From the NCBI GenBank assembly GCA_951406725.2, contig OX597838.1, positions 23,064,001-23,128,000 on the forward strand: a stretch of DNA of 64,000 nt, in the 5' to 3' direction. The DNA is from Octopus vulgaris. Its lineage: Eukaryota. The notes below the pieces were generated by a model. That model searched no databases. It had not been told where the DNA came from and saw nothing but the letters and a program-made list of their open reading frames with translations. This document shows, in pieces, positions 51,276 to 64,000 of this stretch (position 1 is the stretch's first letter; each line of letters starts with the position of its first letter). The translations under genes were made by a program, and so were the position numbers.

Positions 51276-52144
51276 AAGTTCCCTGTCATCGATTCACCGC
51301 AGGGAAAGTTCCCTGTCATCGATTCACTGCAGGGAAAGTTCCCTGTCATCGATTCACCACAGGGAAAGTTCCCTGTCATCGATTCACCGCAGGGAAAGTT
51401 CCCTGTCATCGATTCACCACAGGGAAAGCTCCCTGTCATCGATTCACCGCAGGGAAAGTTCCCTGTCATCAATTCACTGCAGGGAAAGATCCCTGTCATC
51501 AATTCACCGCAGGGAAAGATCCCTGTCATCAATTCACCACAGGGAAAGTTCACCATCATCAATTCACCGCAGGGAAAGTTCCCTGTCATCAATTCACCGC
51601 AGGGAAAGTTCCCTGTCATCAATTCACCGCAGGGAAAGTTCCCTGTCATCAATTCCCCACAGGGAAAGTTCCCTGTCATCAATTCACTGCAGGGAAAGTT
51701 CATTGTCATCAATTCACCGCAGGGAAAGTTCACTGTCATCAATTCACCACAAGGAAAGTTCACTGTCATCAATTCACCTCAGGGAAAGTTCACTGTCATC
51801 AATTCACCTCAGGGAAAGTTCACCGTCATCAATTCACCGCAGGGAAAGTTCCCTGTCATCAATTCACTGCAGGGAAAGTTCATTGTCATCAATTCACCGC
51901 AGGGAAAGTTCCCTGTCATCAATTCCCCGCAGGGAAAGTTCCCTGTCATCAATTCCCCGCAGGGAAAGTTCCCTGTCATCAATTCCCCGCAGGGAAAGTT
52001 CCCTGTCATCAATTCACCGCAGGGAAAGTTCCCTGTCATCAATTCACCGCAGGGAAAGTTCCCTGTCATCAATTCACTGCAGGGAAAGTTCCCTGTCATC
52101 AATTCACCGCAGGGAAAGTTCCCTGTAATCAATTCACCGCAGGG
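51276..52144. repeat. 30-bp minisatellite, ~29 copies (AGGGAAAGTTCCCTGTCATCAATTCACCGC)
   Basis: Exact 30-nt register with no indels; internal dyad CAGGGAA-AG-TTCCCTG. Confidence 0.98.
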
Positions 52145-54108
52145 CATCTCAAGTGGGCAACTTTTTAAAACTCTTTTCTTACTAATTTTTTATTATAATT
52201 TTCAGTTTTATCGTAGCTTTTTAATGTCAAATGTGATTTTGAACAATGTTGTGCACTTGAGCAAAACACTTCATATCGCACTGTTCTGCAATTACTTCGA
52301 CACCTGACATGTGGTATGTTGTGCACCTGTTCAGGCAACATTGATTTGAAGGAGAGAGTGAGCTAAAGTATGGCATGAACATATTCGATCACTATAAACA
52401 AATCATTTGTGCAGGTCATTCAGCAAAAGCTGACCACTCATGGGTCATCAACAGGAGAGTCCATTACAAGTGTCTTCTACTATAGCCTCGGGCTGACCAA
52501 AGCCTTGTGAGTGGATTTGGTAGACGGAAACTGAAAGAAGCCCGTTGTATATATATATATATATATATATATATGCGTGTGTGTTTGTGTGTCTGTGTTT
52601 GTCCCTCTAGCATTGCTTGACAACCGATGCTGGTGTGTTTATGACCCAGTGACTTAGCGGTTCGGCTAAAGAGACTGGACTTAGCGGTTCGGCTAAAGAG
52701 ACTGGGCTTACAAAGAATAAGTCCTGGGGTCGAGTTGCTCGATTAAAGGCAGTGCTCCAGCTACTTACCTCACAGCCACTCCTGGTACATATTCTATCGG
52801 TGTCTTTTCCTGACATGAAAATTTACAGGGATGTAAACAAACCAACACCAGCTGTCAAATGGTGGGGGTAGTGACAAACACTAACACAAAGATATACATG
52901 CGTGTGTATGTATTTGTGTGTGTATGTAGGTTCAATTCTCTGTAGCTGCCTAGGCTGTTTTCACAGGTATCCAGCATTCAAAATTTATTTTATTTTTTTC
53001 ATCATCATTGTTTAACATCCATTTTCCATGCTGGCATGGGTTGGACGCTTTGACTTGGGACTGGCAGGCCAAGAGACCAAACCAGGCTCCAATCTGATCT
53101 GGCAATGTTTCTCCAGTTGGATGCCCTTCCTAAGTGGATGCTTTTTACATGTCACCGACACAGGAGTCAGTCAGGTGGCACTGGCATTGGCCACATTCAG
53201 AACATGCTTTTCACGTGCCACCGGCACAGGAGCCGGTTGATGCAGGGGGAGCTGGCATCATCCACATTTGGATGGTGCTTTTTACGTGCCACCATAAAAT
53301 ACATATATGTATGTGAGTTTGACAGTGTGTGTATGATGGGCTTCCACACAGTTTCCACCTACCAGATTCACTAACAAGGCATCGGCTGGCCTGGGGCTAT
53401 AGTAGAAAACATTCCTTACCCAAAATGCCATACAGTGGCAATGAAACTGAAACCACGTGGTTGTAGAGCAAGCTTCTTCACTCCACCGCACAGCCACGCA
53501 ACCAGAAAACAAAAATATACAATTGAAGATAGATGGGTGTGGACTGGGTGGGGAAGACATTTTAGGGGTGCTACAATGGAAAGGCAATTGTGATGATGAG
53601 GATGATGATGGTGGCTAGATGATAATGGCCAAGATGTAGTAAGGGGTGGTGTGGACGAGAAGCGCCATTTTTCTAAGACCACAACTTAAATATGTACATT
53701 CATGAATGTATGTATGCATGTTTATAGAAACGTGTGTGTGTGTGTATATATGTAAACACACACACACATGCACACACATAAAGCTACATATATATATATA
53801 TATATACACACACACATAAACCTACATATATATATATATATACACACACACACATTCAAACTTGTACTGTAGCTGTGCAAGCATGTGCATGCAAGTGCAA
53901 AAGCTTGTACATGTGTTCTCACTAGTAAATATGCATACATCCATGCGCATGAATAGGCCAAGAGCATGCTCGTCTGTATGCGCGTGCATGCAAGTGCACA
54001 CACGCACGTGCATGCATGCGTTAAGAGATAATTCGAAACATGGCATACACTCACACACACAAATACACGCACACACACACACACACAAAGATCAACTGAA
54101 GATTCCTC

Positions 54109-54155
<47 letters not shown>

Positions 54156-55705
54156 TATTAACGTCCCTCCCTGCCAGCATTATTATTTCCCATCATGCAA
54201 CACTCAGAAACTGGGTTAAGGGACAAAATGGAAGATTAAAGGATGAGATGGAAGAATGAATGATGGAAGATTGTGCGTGGGTTTATAGCGATGGGTTAGG
54301 GGTAAAAGATGGTAAAAGGGTCCAAGTGGTGGCAGCGGCGACGGTGTGGTGGTATAGGTGGTGGTGGTGGTGCTGGTGTAAATGCAGAGAGAGAAGATTA
54401 AGGGAGCCGACTAAGAGGGATGGTAGTAGGAGTACTAACAGAAGGAGGTGATGGAAATAGACAGAGAAGATAAGAGATGTGTGAAGTAGGGATGTGTGGG
54501 GACAGAGAAGGGGAGGTAAAGTGAAAGTGAGAGGGTGGGGGTGCCGGTGAGACGAAAAGGGAGGGGGCAGTGAGAGGGTGAGATGGGGTGTGGGAGAGAC
54601 AAGAGGATGCGGTGAGTGAGGTGGAGGAAAGAGAGATGGGGAAATAAGAGACAGGTGCAGTGAGAGAGAGAGAGAGAGAGGGGAAGAGGGAGACAAAGAA
54701 GTGTAGTGAGAGAGAAAGAGAGGTGAAAGAAAGAGACACATGAATGCAGTAAGAGAGAGAGAGAGAAAAGGTAAAGGAAAAGAGACAGAAATTCAGTGAG
54801 AAACGGGGGGGGGGGAAGTGGGAGACAAAAGTAAGAGAGAGAGAGAGAGGGGTGGAAGAAAGAAAGACAAATAAATGCAGTGAGAGAGAGAGAGAGAGGT
54901 GGCTAGAGAAAGACCCCTAAAGGGTACGGTGGAAAGAGGGAGGTGGTGGTGATGTGTATGCATGAAAAAAGGGTACCACAGTAAAAAGGATGTGCAGTAA
55001 AGTGATGGGAGAGGAGTGGGGAAGGGAGTAACAAGAGGGACAAGCGAAAGGGTTGCAGTGAGAGGCTGGCAGAGAGAGAGAAAGAGGGGGAAAAAAGGCA
55101 TAGACTGACTGGTGAGAGGAGGAGGAGGAGGAGGAAGCACAATATGTAAGAGAGGGGGAGAGATAGTGAGAGGGTGGAGTGAATCGGGTGGGGTTGGGTT
55201 GGGTGGTTGGTTTGTGTGTCAGAAACACAAAAAGTCATGCAAAAAGTAGAAAGACAGAAAAGACTTCATCAACCCACCCACCCCACCACCGCCATCAATT
55301 CCCCTACACACACACACATTCTACTCAGCTCCCCCACCACCACAGCCACCCCACCGCTGATATCCTGTCTGCCCTCACCACTCCCACCCACGCCACTGTT
55401 GACTTACTAAGTAATATTAGGAGAATGAGAAGATGGTACCTGAAGAAGACTACAACCCCTCCACCCCCACCCCTTAGCTCCACCCTTCCCACCACCAGCG
55501 CTTCCCCACTTCACTACACCTAGTGAGATAACAGGAACGGAACATATGAGGTAAGGCGTTAAGGGTTGGGGGATGGGGGGGGGGGGCAAGGGGAAAGATG
55601 CCGGGGGGGGGGCAACATGGTGCTTGCTGTGCTGTTAACAGCGATGCGATTATTTGGGAGTCTGTAAACAAGTTGTGGACACGCATACACACATACACAC
55701 AAACA

Positions 55706-55969
55706 CAGAAGCATAACTAGGGTTGGGGCCAGCAGGGCACATGCCCTGGGTACCAATTTGAGCAGGAGCGGGGGTGCAATTTTGGCCAATTTTTCTAATT
55801 AAGCCATTTAAAAAGGGTAGGGTTTGTTCTATTTATTGCCATCCGTGCCGCTAGACAGAATAGGTTTTCTTACTTGACTTCACAAAATGCATGCACTGCA
55901 TTTTGGGTGGGGACGAGGCCACAGTTTTTATGCTTGCCCTGGATGCCAGTTACCCTAGCTACACCCCTG
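55706..55969. mobile_element. hAT-type MITE
   Basis: Imperfect TIRs CAGAAGCATAACTAGGGT/ACCCTAGCTACACCCCTG; perfect 8-bp TSD cacaaaca. Confidence 0.8.
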
Positions 55970-57129
55970 CACAAACACACACACACACACAATATGCATA
56001 AATAAATAAATAAATATATAAACATTTTGTTTTTGGATTTGGTTTGCAAGATTCTTTATGTGAGTTCGTGTGTTGAAGCATATTCTGTTGTGTCTGGGGG
56101 AGAGTCATTTTCTTTTTGTGCCTTATAATTTAGTTGAGAGTCAAGACTATCGAAAAGGTTGCAAAGACGCAACGAAAATTTTAGGAAAATAAAAATAAGA
56201 AATAAGTGGAAATTTTTACCGGTGAGTGTGTTAAATTATAAAGCACAAAAAGAAAATTACTCTCCCCAGTATACTCTTTTTTACTCTTTTACTTGTTTCA
56301 GTCATTTGACTACGGCCATGCTGGAGCACCGCCTTTAGTCGAGAAAATCGACCCCGGGACTTATTCTTTGTAAGCCCAGTACTTATTCTATTGGTCTCTT
56401 TTGCCGAACCGCTAAGTGACGGGGACGTAAACACACCAGCATCAGTTGTCAAGCAATGCTAGGGGGACAAACACAGACACACAAACATATACACACACAC
56501 ACTTATATATATATACATATATACGACAGACTTCTATCAGTTTCCGTCTACCAAATCCACTCACAAGGCATTGGTCGGCCCGGGGCTATAGCAGAAGACA
56601 CTTGCCCAAGATGCCACGCAGTGGGATTGAACCCGGAATCATGTGGTTGGTTAGCAAGCTACTTACCACACAGCCACATTGCAATAGTTTTTTGTAAATA
56701 GTGGAGGCAAAATGTCTTGCTTGTTTTGTGATACCGCAATCTTTTATTCTTTTACTTGTTTCAGTCATTTGACTGAGGCCATGCTGCAGCACTGCCTTTA
56801 GTCAAGCAAATCGACCCCAGGACTTATTCGTTGTTAGCCTAGTACTTATTCTATTGGTCTTTTTTGCCGAACCACTAAGTTACAGGGATGTAAACATACC
56901 AGCGCCAGTTGTCAAGAGATGGGAGGGAGACAAACACATACACACACACATATATATAATTATGTATATGACGGGCTTCTCAGTTTCCGTCTACCAAATC
57001 CACTCACAAGGCTTTGGTCAGCCCAAGGTTATAGTAGAAGACACTTGCCCAAGGTGCCACACAGTGGGACTGAACCCGGAACCATGTGGTTGGGAAGCAA
57101 GCTACATACCACACAGCCACTCCTGTGCC

Positions 57130-57176
<47 letters not shown>

Positions 57177-57229
57177 CAGTACTTGGTCCATGTCCTTGTT
57201 TTCTCTTGCTTGTTCTTGCTTGGATTGAC

Positions 57230-57260
<31 letters not shown>

Positions 57261-58385
57261 ATAGGAAACAGGCTGTGAGGTTGAGAAGACTGCTTCCCAA
57301 CCACTTGGTTCCAAGTGGTTGTGATTCAGTCCCACTCCATGGCACTTTGGATAAGAACAAGTGTCTTCTACTACAGCCCTGGGTCAACCAAAGTGTTCTG
57401 AGTAGATGTGGAAGGAGGAAACTGAAAAGAAGCCTGTAATGTATGTGTTGCTGTGTGGTGTGTGTGTGGGGGGGTGCATGCATGTGTGCATATATATGTG
57501 TGTGTGTGTGTATGTGTGTATATGTGTGTGTGTATATATATGTGTGTGTGTATATATGTGTGTGTGTATGTGTGTATATGTGAGTGTATATATATGTGTA
57601 TATATGTGTGATATGTGTGTGTATAGGTGTATGTATATATGTGTAAATATGTGTGTGTATGTGTGTGTGTATTCATCCACCAGTGAAGGCTTAGTGGTTA
57701 GGGTATTCAGCTCATGATCATAAAACTGGGAGTTCAATTCCCAGCAGCACACTGTATCCTTGAGCAAGACACTTTATTTCACCAGTGCCGCCTGACTGGT
57801 GTCCGTGTCGGTGACACTCAGCTGGCAAAAATGAGTAGTACTTGTATTTCAAAGGGCCAACCTTGTCAGACTCTGTGTCAAACTGGACTCTCCCAGAGAA
57901 CAATGTTAATGGCACGCATGTCTGTGGAGTACTCAGCCACTTGCACATTAATTTCAGAAGCGGGTTGTTCCTTCAATCAGATTAACTGGAACCCGCATCT
58001 TCGTAACCAACAAAGTGCTAATTTTTTTGTGTTTGTCCACCACTGCTGCTTGACAACCGCTGTTAGTTTGTTTACATCCATGTGGCTTAGCAGCTTGGCA
58101 AAAGAGACAACCAAGTTTTGAAAGAAAGTGAGTATTTGGGTCGAATTCTGAGCAGAAGGGAGGGGCACCTAAAACTGAAGTGGGAACCTCTCAATTTGCA
58201 GATGAATGCTCTGCCATTATAAATTGGCCTACATCTTTCAATACGCTTGCCTACACTTTACACAACCCTAGACAACCACAATTACCATACCACACTAATG
58301 GCATGAAGGCTCTTACAGGTCAATCCTCTTCATCAGCGGGAGTGGAGTGGTATTAACACTTCTGCTGTGGAGGACAGGTCTTATA

Positions 58386-58428
<43 letters not shown>

Positions 58429-59106
58429 TGAATGGAAACTGTAGGTGTGATACCTGTGCCGGTGGCATGTAAAAAGCACCATCCAAACGTGGCCGATGCC
58501 AGTGCCACCTGACTGGTGTCCGTGACACGTAAAAAGCACCAACAGATCGTGGTCGTTTGCCAGCCTCCTCTGGCCCCTGTGCTGGTGGCACGTAAAAAGC
58601 ACCTGCTACACTCATGGAGTGGTTAGCATTAGGAAGGGCATCCAGCTGTAGAAACACTGCCAGATCAGACTGGAGCCTGGCACAGCCTCCTGGCTTCCCA
58701 GACCCCGGTCGAACCGTCTACCCATGCTAGCATGGAAAACCGACGTTAAACGATGATGATGATGATATATGATTGTGTGTGTGTGTGTGTGTGTGTATGT
58801 GTGTGTGGTGTGTGTGTGTGTGTGTGTATTATACAAAGCCCTAGGCAATGAAGACCTTTCGTCTCAACAGTTGAACGCTGGTACCATGAAGGTCAATAAC
58901 TGAGATGATACAAATTGTAAGAGATGGCAGGAAAGGAAGGCTAAAGAAGATAAGAGTGGAAGTGGTAAAGTTTGATCCCCAAATGCTCGACTTTATTTGA
59001 CACAGTTTTGTCCTGAACAAGATCTGAGGTCACTGTAGTGCAAGGGACTACAAAAGAAACAAAAGAAGGGGCTTGCAAGTTCAAAAGATGTCGATAGACA
59101 GAAAGC

Positions 59107-59337
59107 TTAACCCTTCACCATTCAAACCGGCCATATCCAGCCCAAATATTTTACCAGTTTTACATTGAAATTGACCAGATCTGGCCCCTCACACCTACCC
59201 TGCAATGTCATTCTAGAAATAAGCAATCATACCAATGAAAATTCTCAAAGCTACAACATAATGAATGATTAAATCAAAGCAATGTGAATAAATAAGCATT
59301 ACCTTTGACAGACTAATCTGAATGCAAAAGGGTTTAA
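59107..59337. mobile_element. Second TTAA-type MITE family (fragments also near 13400-13930, 41100-41720, 47650-47820, 48290-48413)
   Basis: TTAACCCTT..CATTCAAACCGGCCATATCC start and AATGC.AAAGGG(T)TTAA end, recurring across the window. Confidence 0.7.
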
Positions 59338-60094
59338 CTGGCCATATCTGGCCTCTTGTACCCTCCCTACAACATCATTCTAAAAATTAACAGATACCTT
59401 TTGAAAATCCCAAAGCTACACAATAATGCTGGCGTTAAAATTTATTACTGCTGGAATTGGTTAGAGGTTCCAGAAGCAATAAATGAACTTCCAGCCATCA
59501 ATTTCATTCTGGCAATCGATGCTAGGCGCTTTCATCTTGACGAAATGAGCCTCCTTTATCCAAAGGTTGAACTGTTCCCCTGGCCAGTATCCTAATAGTA
59601 CAGAGTGCATTTTGTGTTAACATATATATTTCTGCGACAGGTTATTTTTAAATAACCACAACCAACTATTTATTTGTGTATAACCATTTTACACCAGAAT
59701 TGTATACCCAATGCCATAACAGTATTATAGGCTCCTTTCAGGCACTGGTTCTCTCACTCCTTGGTGAACAGACATGTTCAAGGAAGGACCTGGACTTCTG
59801 ATATAGTAGCAAGATAGTCTTGCTACTAAAAACCTGAGGAGAGCCTATTCCCACTGATCTAGGCAGATCAAATGCATACCCAAAAAAGAAAAAAAATCCC
59901 CAACAGCAGAACAAGGAGATGAAGGTTCCAGATGTAGTAAATGAACTTCCATCCATCAAATTTATTCTGGCGATCGAGACTAGGCACCTTCTTCCTGATG
60001 AAACGTGCCTCCTTTATCCAAAGTTTGACCCCATCTGTTCCCTTGGCCAGTATTCAAGTAGTACAGAGTGCATTGTGTTAATACACACACATAT

Positions 60095-60312
60095 ATATGT
60101 GACCGCGTGTGTACCGTTGGCGAATTTTTTCCTCCGTCTTCCCTTCTCTGGATCTTTCCTTTTCCTATGTTTCTGACGATGAGCTCCGCTCGAAACGTAA
60201 AACCCTCCTTCCCTTCTTTCCTGAGCGTCAATAATACTTTAATTGTTCCACGTCCTGCGTTGCTGTGTTTTTTTCTTTTTTTCTCTTTTTTTCTGTGTTT
60301 TCTTGTTTGGAT

Positions 60313-60320
<8 letters not shown>
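60095..60320 (+). mobile_element. Short hammerhead-bearing repeat ending in (TA)n
   Basis: Contains the hammerhead. Its 3' end (GTTCCACGTCC...CTTGTTTGGATTAACTATATA) recurs in diverged form at about 57175-57237. Confidence 0.6.
60169..60203 (+). ncRNA. Minimal type I hammerhead ribozyme motif
   Basis: GUUU-CUGACGA-U-GAGC-UCC-GCUC-GAAAC-GUA-AAAC: full core, 4-bp stems I and II, loopless ACGU stem III. Confidence 0.8.
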
Positions 60321-60347
<27 letters not shown>

Positions 60348-61429
60348 CAGCTGAACATTTAAAAAAATTGGGCTGAACACTTAAAAAAATTGAAATCTCA
60401 TCAGGAAAAACATAACTGTTCAGACTAGTATTTTTTATGTAAATTAATCCATCATTTTAATGCCTGGCCATTGGAAACAACTGCATTATTGAAGTGTCGC
60501 TGCACACATGTAAAGTGACACTTCAATAAAAGGATTACGAAAGAAATTAAATTTCTGACATGCCAAGCAAAGAAAAATAAAGAGAGAGAAAAAAAAAACA
60601 GAAAAAGAAAAAATAAAAGATTTGCCATCACAGATCTAAGTTCGCCGTTCTAGGGCGAAACTAGGTTAAGCATCAGGGTATCAATTAAAAACTGGTACCA
60701 CACCTCTCCTAAAATCTGTACTTTTATTAATTGTATATTATAAAGGTCACTGGAATAACAAGAATCAGTAAGGGCGTCAGACTAAATTGTTTAATATTCT
60801 AAGTTCAAGTCATGCTTCTGTTGCCACTGGTGGAGTATGTGCCTTCATGCCTCTCCAACTGATAAGTGATGATGCTTGAAACCAACTTCATTCCTATACA
60901 CCAGTGTTTCTCAACTGGGGTTCCACGGAACCGTAAGGTTCCACAATGGGTTCCCAAGGGCTCTGCGAGAAAGGGCGAGATAAGCTAATGCTAATTTTAT
61001 GATTGTAATATTACTACACACGCACAACATATTGGTAATCTTGTAATATAGACATCATCTTATCTAACCTATTATGTTATCAAAAAAATATAACAACCAT
61101 TGGGAATACACACACACACACACAGGAGTACCTTGGTTTCCAAACAACTATGATCACGAATAAATCGTGCTTTATATACATATATATATATGTATATATA
61201 CAGATGTATATGCATATACTCTTTACTCTTTTACTTGTTTCAGTCATTTGACTGCGGCCATGCTGGAGCATCGCCTTTAATTGAGCAACTCGACCCCGGG
61301 ACTTATTCTTTTGTAAGCCCAGTACTTATTCTATCGGTCTCTTTTGCCGAACCGCTAAGTGACGGGGACATAAACACACCAGCATCGGTTGTCAAGCAAT
61401 GCTAGGGAGAAAAAAACACAGACACACAA

Positions 61430-61501
<72 letters not shown>

Positions 61502-62946
61502 GACGGGCATCTTTCAGTTTCTGTCTACCAAATCCACTCACAAGGCTTTGGTCGGCCCGGGTCTATTAGCAGAAGACACTTGCCCAAGATGCCACGCAGT
61601 GGGACTGAACCCAGAACCTTGTGGTTGGTAAGCAAGCTACTTACCACACAGCCACTCCTGCGCCTTTATTTATTTTTTTATTTTATTTTTTTTTATTAAA
61701 TCCACTCAGCATCCACTTGTTAACAAGCATTTACTAAATTGATCCCAATTCTACATTATGAAAAATATCTATCGCGTTATATGATACACATCGCAAATAA
61801 TAATGATTCAGATAAGGGATGTTAAATGATGATGCTGATGATGATTAATGCATATGCTGTAAAAAAAAATATTTTAAAAAAAACCATAACTGAAAGGCAA
61901 CACACACACACATATGTACACACATGCATGTATGTGTATAGTTATTTTACAGAGCAGCAGCAAGAGGCAGTCAGATATTACATGTACGGTGACATAGCAT
62001 CGCCGTGCACAGCAATGCACATTTACTTTCACTGGGCCCAGGGTGCAGCAGAATTCCATGAAATGGCTGATGGATGTAAACACGATGAGAGTCGGGGTGG
62101 GGTGGGGTGGGGGTGGAGACGAAGTAAAAAAATAAATAAGGTGGGTGGGTGGGTGGGCGAACCGGAGAGGGAAACATGGAAACATTCACAGGGACAGTTG
62201 AGAACATGATGATGACGATGATGCAGTAGATGAGGGTTGTATGTGGGTTGGGGAGTGGTGGCGGAGGTGAGTCATATTTTCAGTGGTGGTGGTGGTGGTG
62301 GTGGTGGTGGTGGTGATGATGGTGATGTGGTGATGGTGATGTGGTGACGGTGCTGACAGTGATGATGATGATGATGGAGATGGTGATGATGGTAGTGGTT
62401 CGGGAAGGGGATCAGTAAGGGTTAATAGTAATGGACATTACTGTTTCCTTCTGCTCCTCTCTACTACTACTACTACTACTACTGTTGTGGAAGTAGTTGA
62501 GAGTAGTGGTTAGTGGTGGGTCAGAGGGCCACTGGTACCAGTGGTGAGAAGTAGTTTCACAGGAGAGGAGGAAGAGGGAATTGCCCAAAAGGACCTTGTG
62601 AAAGGAATGGGGGGAGGGGGATTCCCTTTTTATGAAATGTGAGGTGGTGGTAGTGATGGTGGTGGTGGTAGTGGTAGTGGAAGAATTAGGAAGGAGAGAA
62701 AGGTGGTGATCAGTGAGTTAGGAGAGGGGGAAAGACATGATAGGAGAGCAAAGATAAGTAGTGGAGAGACGAGAGACAGAGAGAGAGAAAGAAGGAGAGA
62801 GAAAATTAAAGGGAAGAGGAAACAATCATTGTGACTCACATAACCAAGAAATGTCTAATTGATTAGTCAAGTGGAATACCATTAAAGCTATTTACACTGC
62901 CATCACTGCCCCACACCACCGTCTCTCTTTCTCTCTCTCCCTCATA

Positions 62947-63011
<65 letters not shown>

Positions 63012-63152
63012 TCACTCACTCTGGGTCTCATCTTCCTCTAATATAAAGATGAAGACAGAGAAAGTAAACAGAAATTGCACAATGTCTGTCTGCGTGTCTG
63101 TGTCTCGATCAACATGAATCATGTCTATACTAATACCAAAACACGTTCAAAG

Positions 63153-63193
<41 letters not shown>

Positions 63194-63436
63194 CATTTTC
63201 GTATCTGTTCTGCCAAGTTTGCACGGAATGGAAGGGCTTTTTCTCTAGTGCAAGTTCTTCTTTCCCACTTGTTGCCATCCTTTGTTATCTCATTCGTCAG
63301 GGTCAACATCCTGAGATCAGCTCTCTCTCTCTCTCTCATCATTTCTACCCATGCCTTCTTTGCTTGTCTCCATTCATTAGGTCTATCCACTTACACCTTC
63401 CAGCTTTCCATTATCCAGCTGTCACCATTCACCAAC

Positions 63437-63479
<43 letters not shown>

Positions 63480-64000
63480 ATAATATTAGGGAGTATATCC
63501 AAACTTACAGGGAAAAATTAGATTTAGGATTAAATCAAATTTCACAGTATAAATATAAATTAAATTAGAGATAAAACCACTATTATGCAACTCAAACAGT
63601 GATGGACATAAACCAAAACATAAAAAGCAAAAAATAAATATAATTAATATAATATATAATATAAAATTTTACAATTTATATTTTTAAATTTTTAAACTTA
63701 AAAATTTTTTTTTTAATAACTAACCAAAAAGTATAAAAAAGTTAAATATAATATAATAATAGTGGTTTTATCTCTAATTTATATATATATATATATATAT
63801 ATATACTCTTACTTGTTTCAGTCATTTCACTGCGACCATGCTGGAACACTGCCTTTAGTCGAGCAAATCGACCCCAGGACTTATTCTTTGTAAGCCTAGT
63901 ACTTATTCTATCGGTGTCTTTTGCCGAACTACTAAGTTATGGGAACGTAAACACACCAGCATCAGTTGTCAATCAATATTGGAGGGGACAAACACAGACA

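Noticed and set aside
51276-52144. CRISPR-like array (30-bp palindromic repeats)
   Set aside because: Units are contiguous with no unique spacers, there are no cas genes, and the context is eukaryotic.
55179-55556. First exon of a plus-strand gene (GAG|GTAAGG at 55551)
   Set aside because: Low-complexity ORF with stops before the donor and no downstream exon identified.
58290-58340. Hammerhead (minus-strand CUGAUGA plus short stem)
   Set aside because: No GAAA core or stem I partner.

Overview
AT-rich, repeat-dense animal genomic DNA. It is most likely cephalopod (octopus-like), judged from the SINE families and the microsatellite load. The only supportable protein-coding gene is a GIT-family ARF GTPase-activating protein (GIT1/GIT2 orthologue) on the minus strand. 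I could hand-splice 14 conserved coding exons in frame from 31410 down to 294: ArfGAP zinc finger (second half), ankyrin repeats, Spa2-homology domain, YDSVASDED motif, coiled coil and a Gly/Asn-rich linker. The first coding exon was not found in the window, and the C-terminal paxillin-binding exons lie beyond position 1. Two introns appear to use GC-AG donors, and there are two candidate 54-nt in-frame cassette exons plus a candidate truncating terminal exon. The rest is intronic/upstream DNA with at least four SINE families, RTE-like LINE remnants, an internally deleted mariner, hAT-, Tc1- and piggyBac-type MITEs, minisatellites and fold-back hairpins. The most unusual signal is a set of hammerhead-ribozyme motifs of the Penelope-like-element type. 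One sits in a compact element (19121-19420) that joins a tRNA-like Pol III head, an intact minimal hammerhead and an inverted 3'-end duplication. Almost all ORFs in the supplied track are low-complexity or repeat artefacts.
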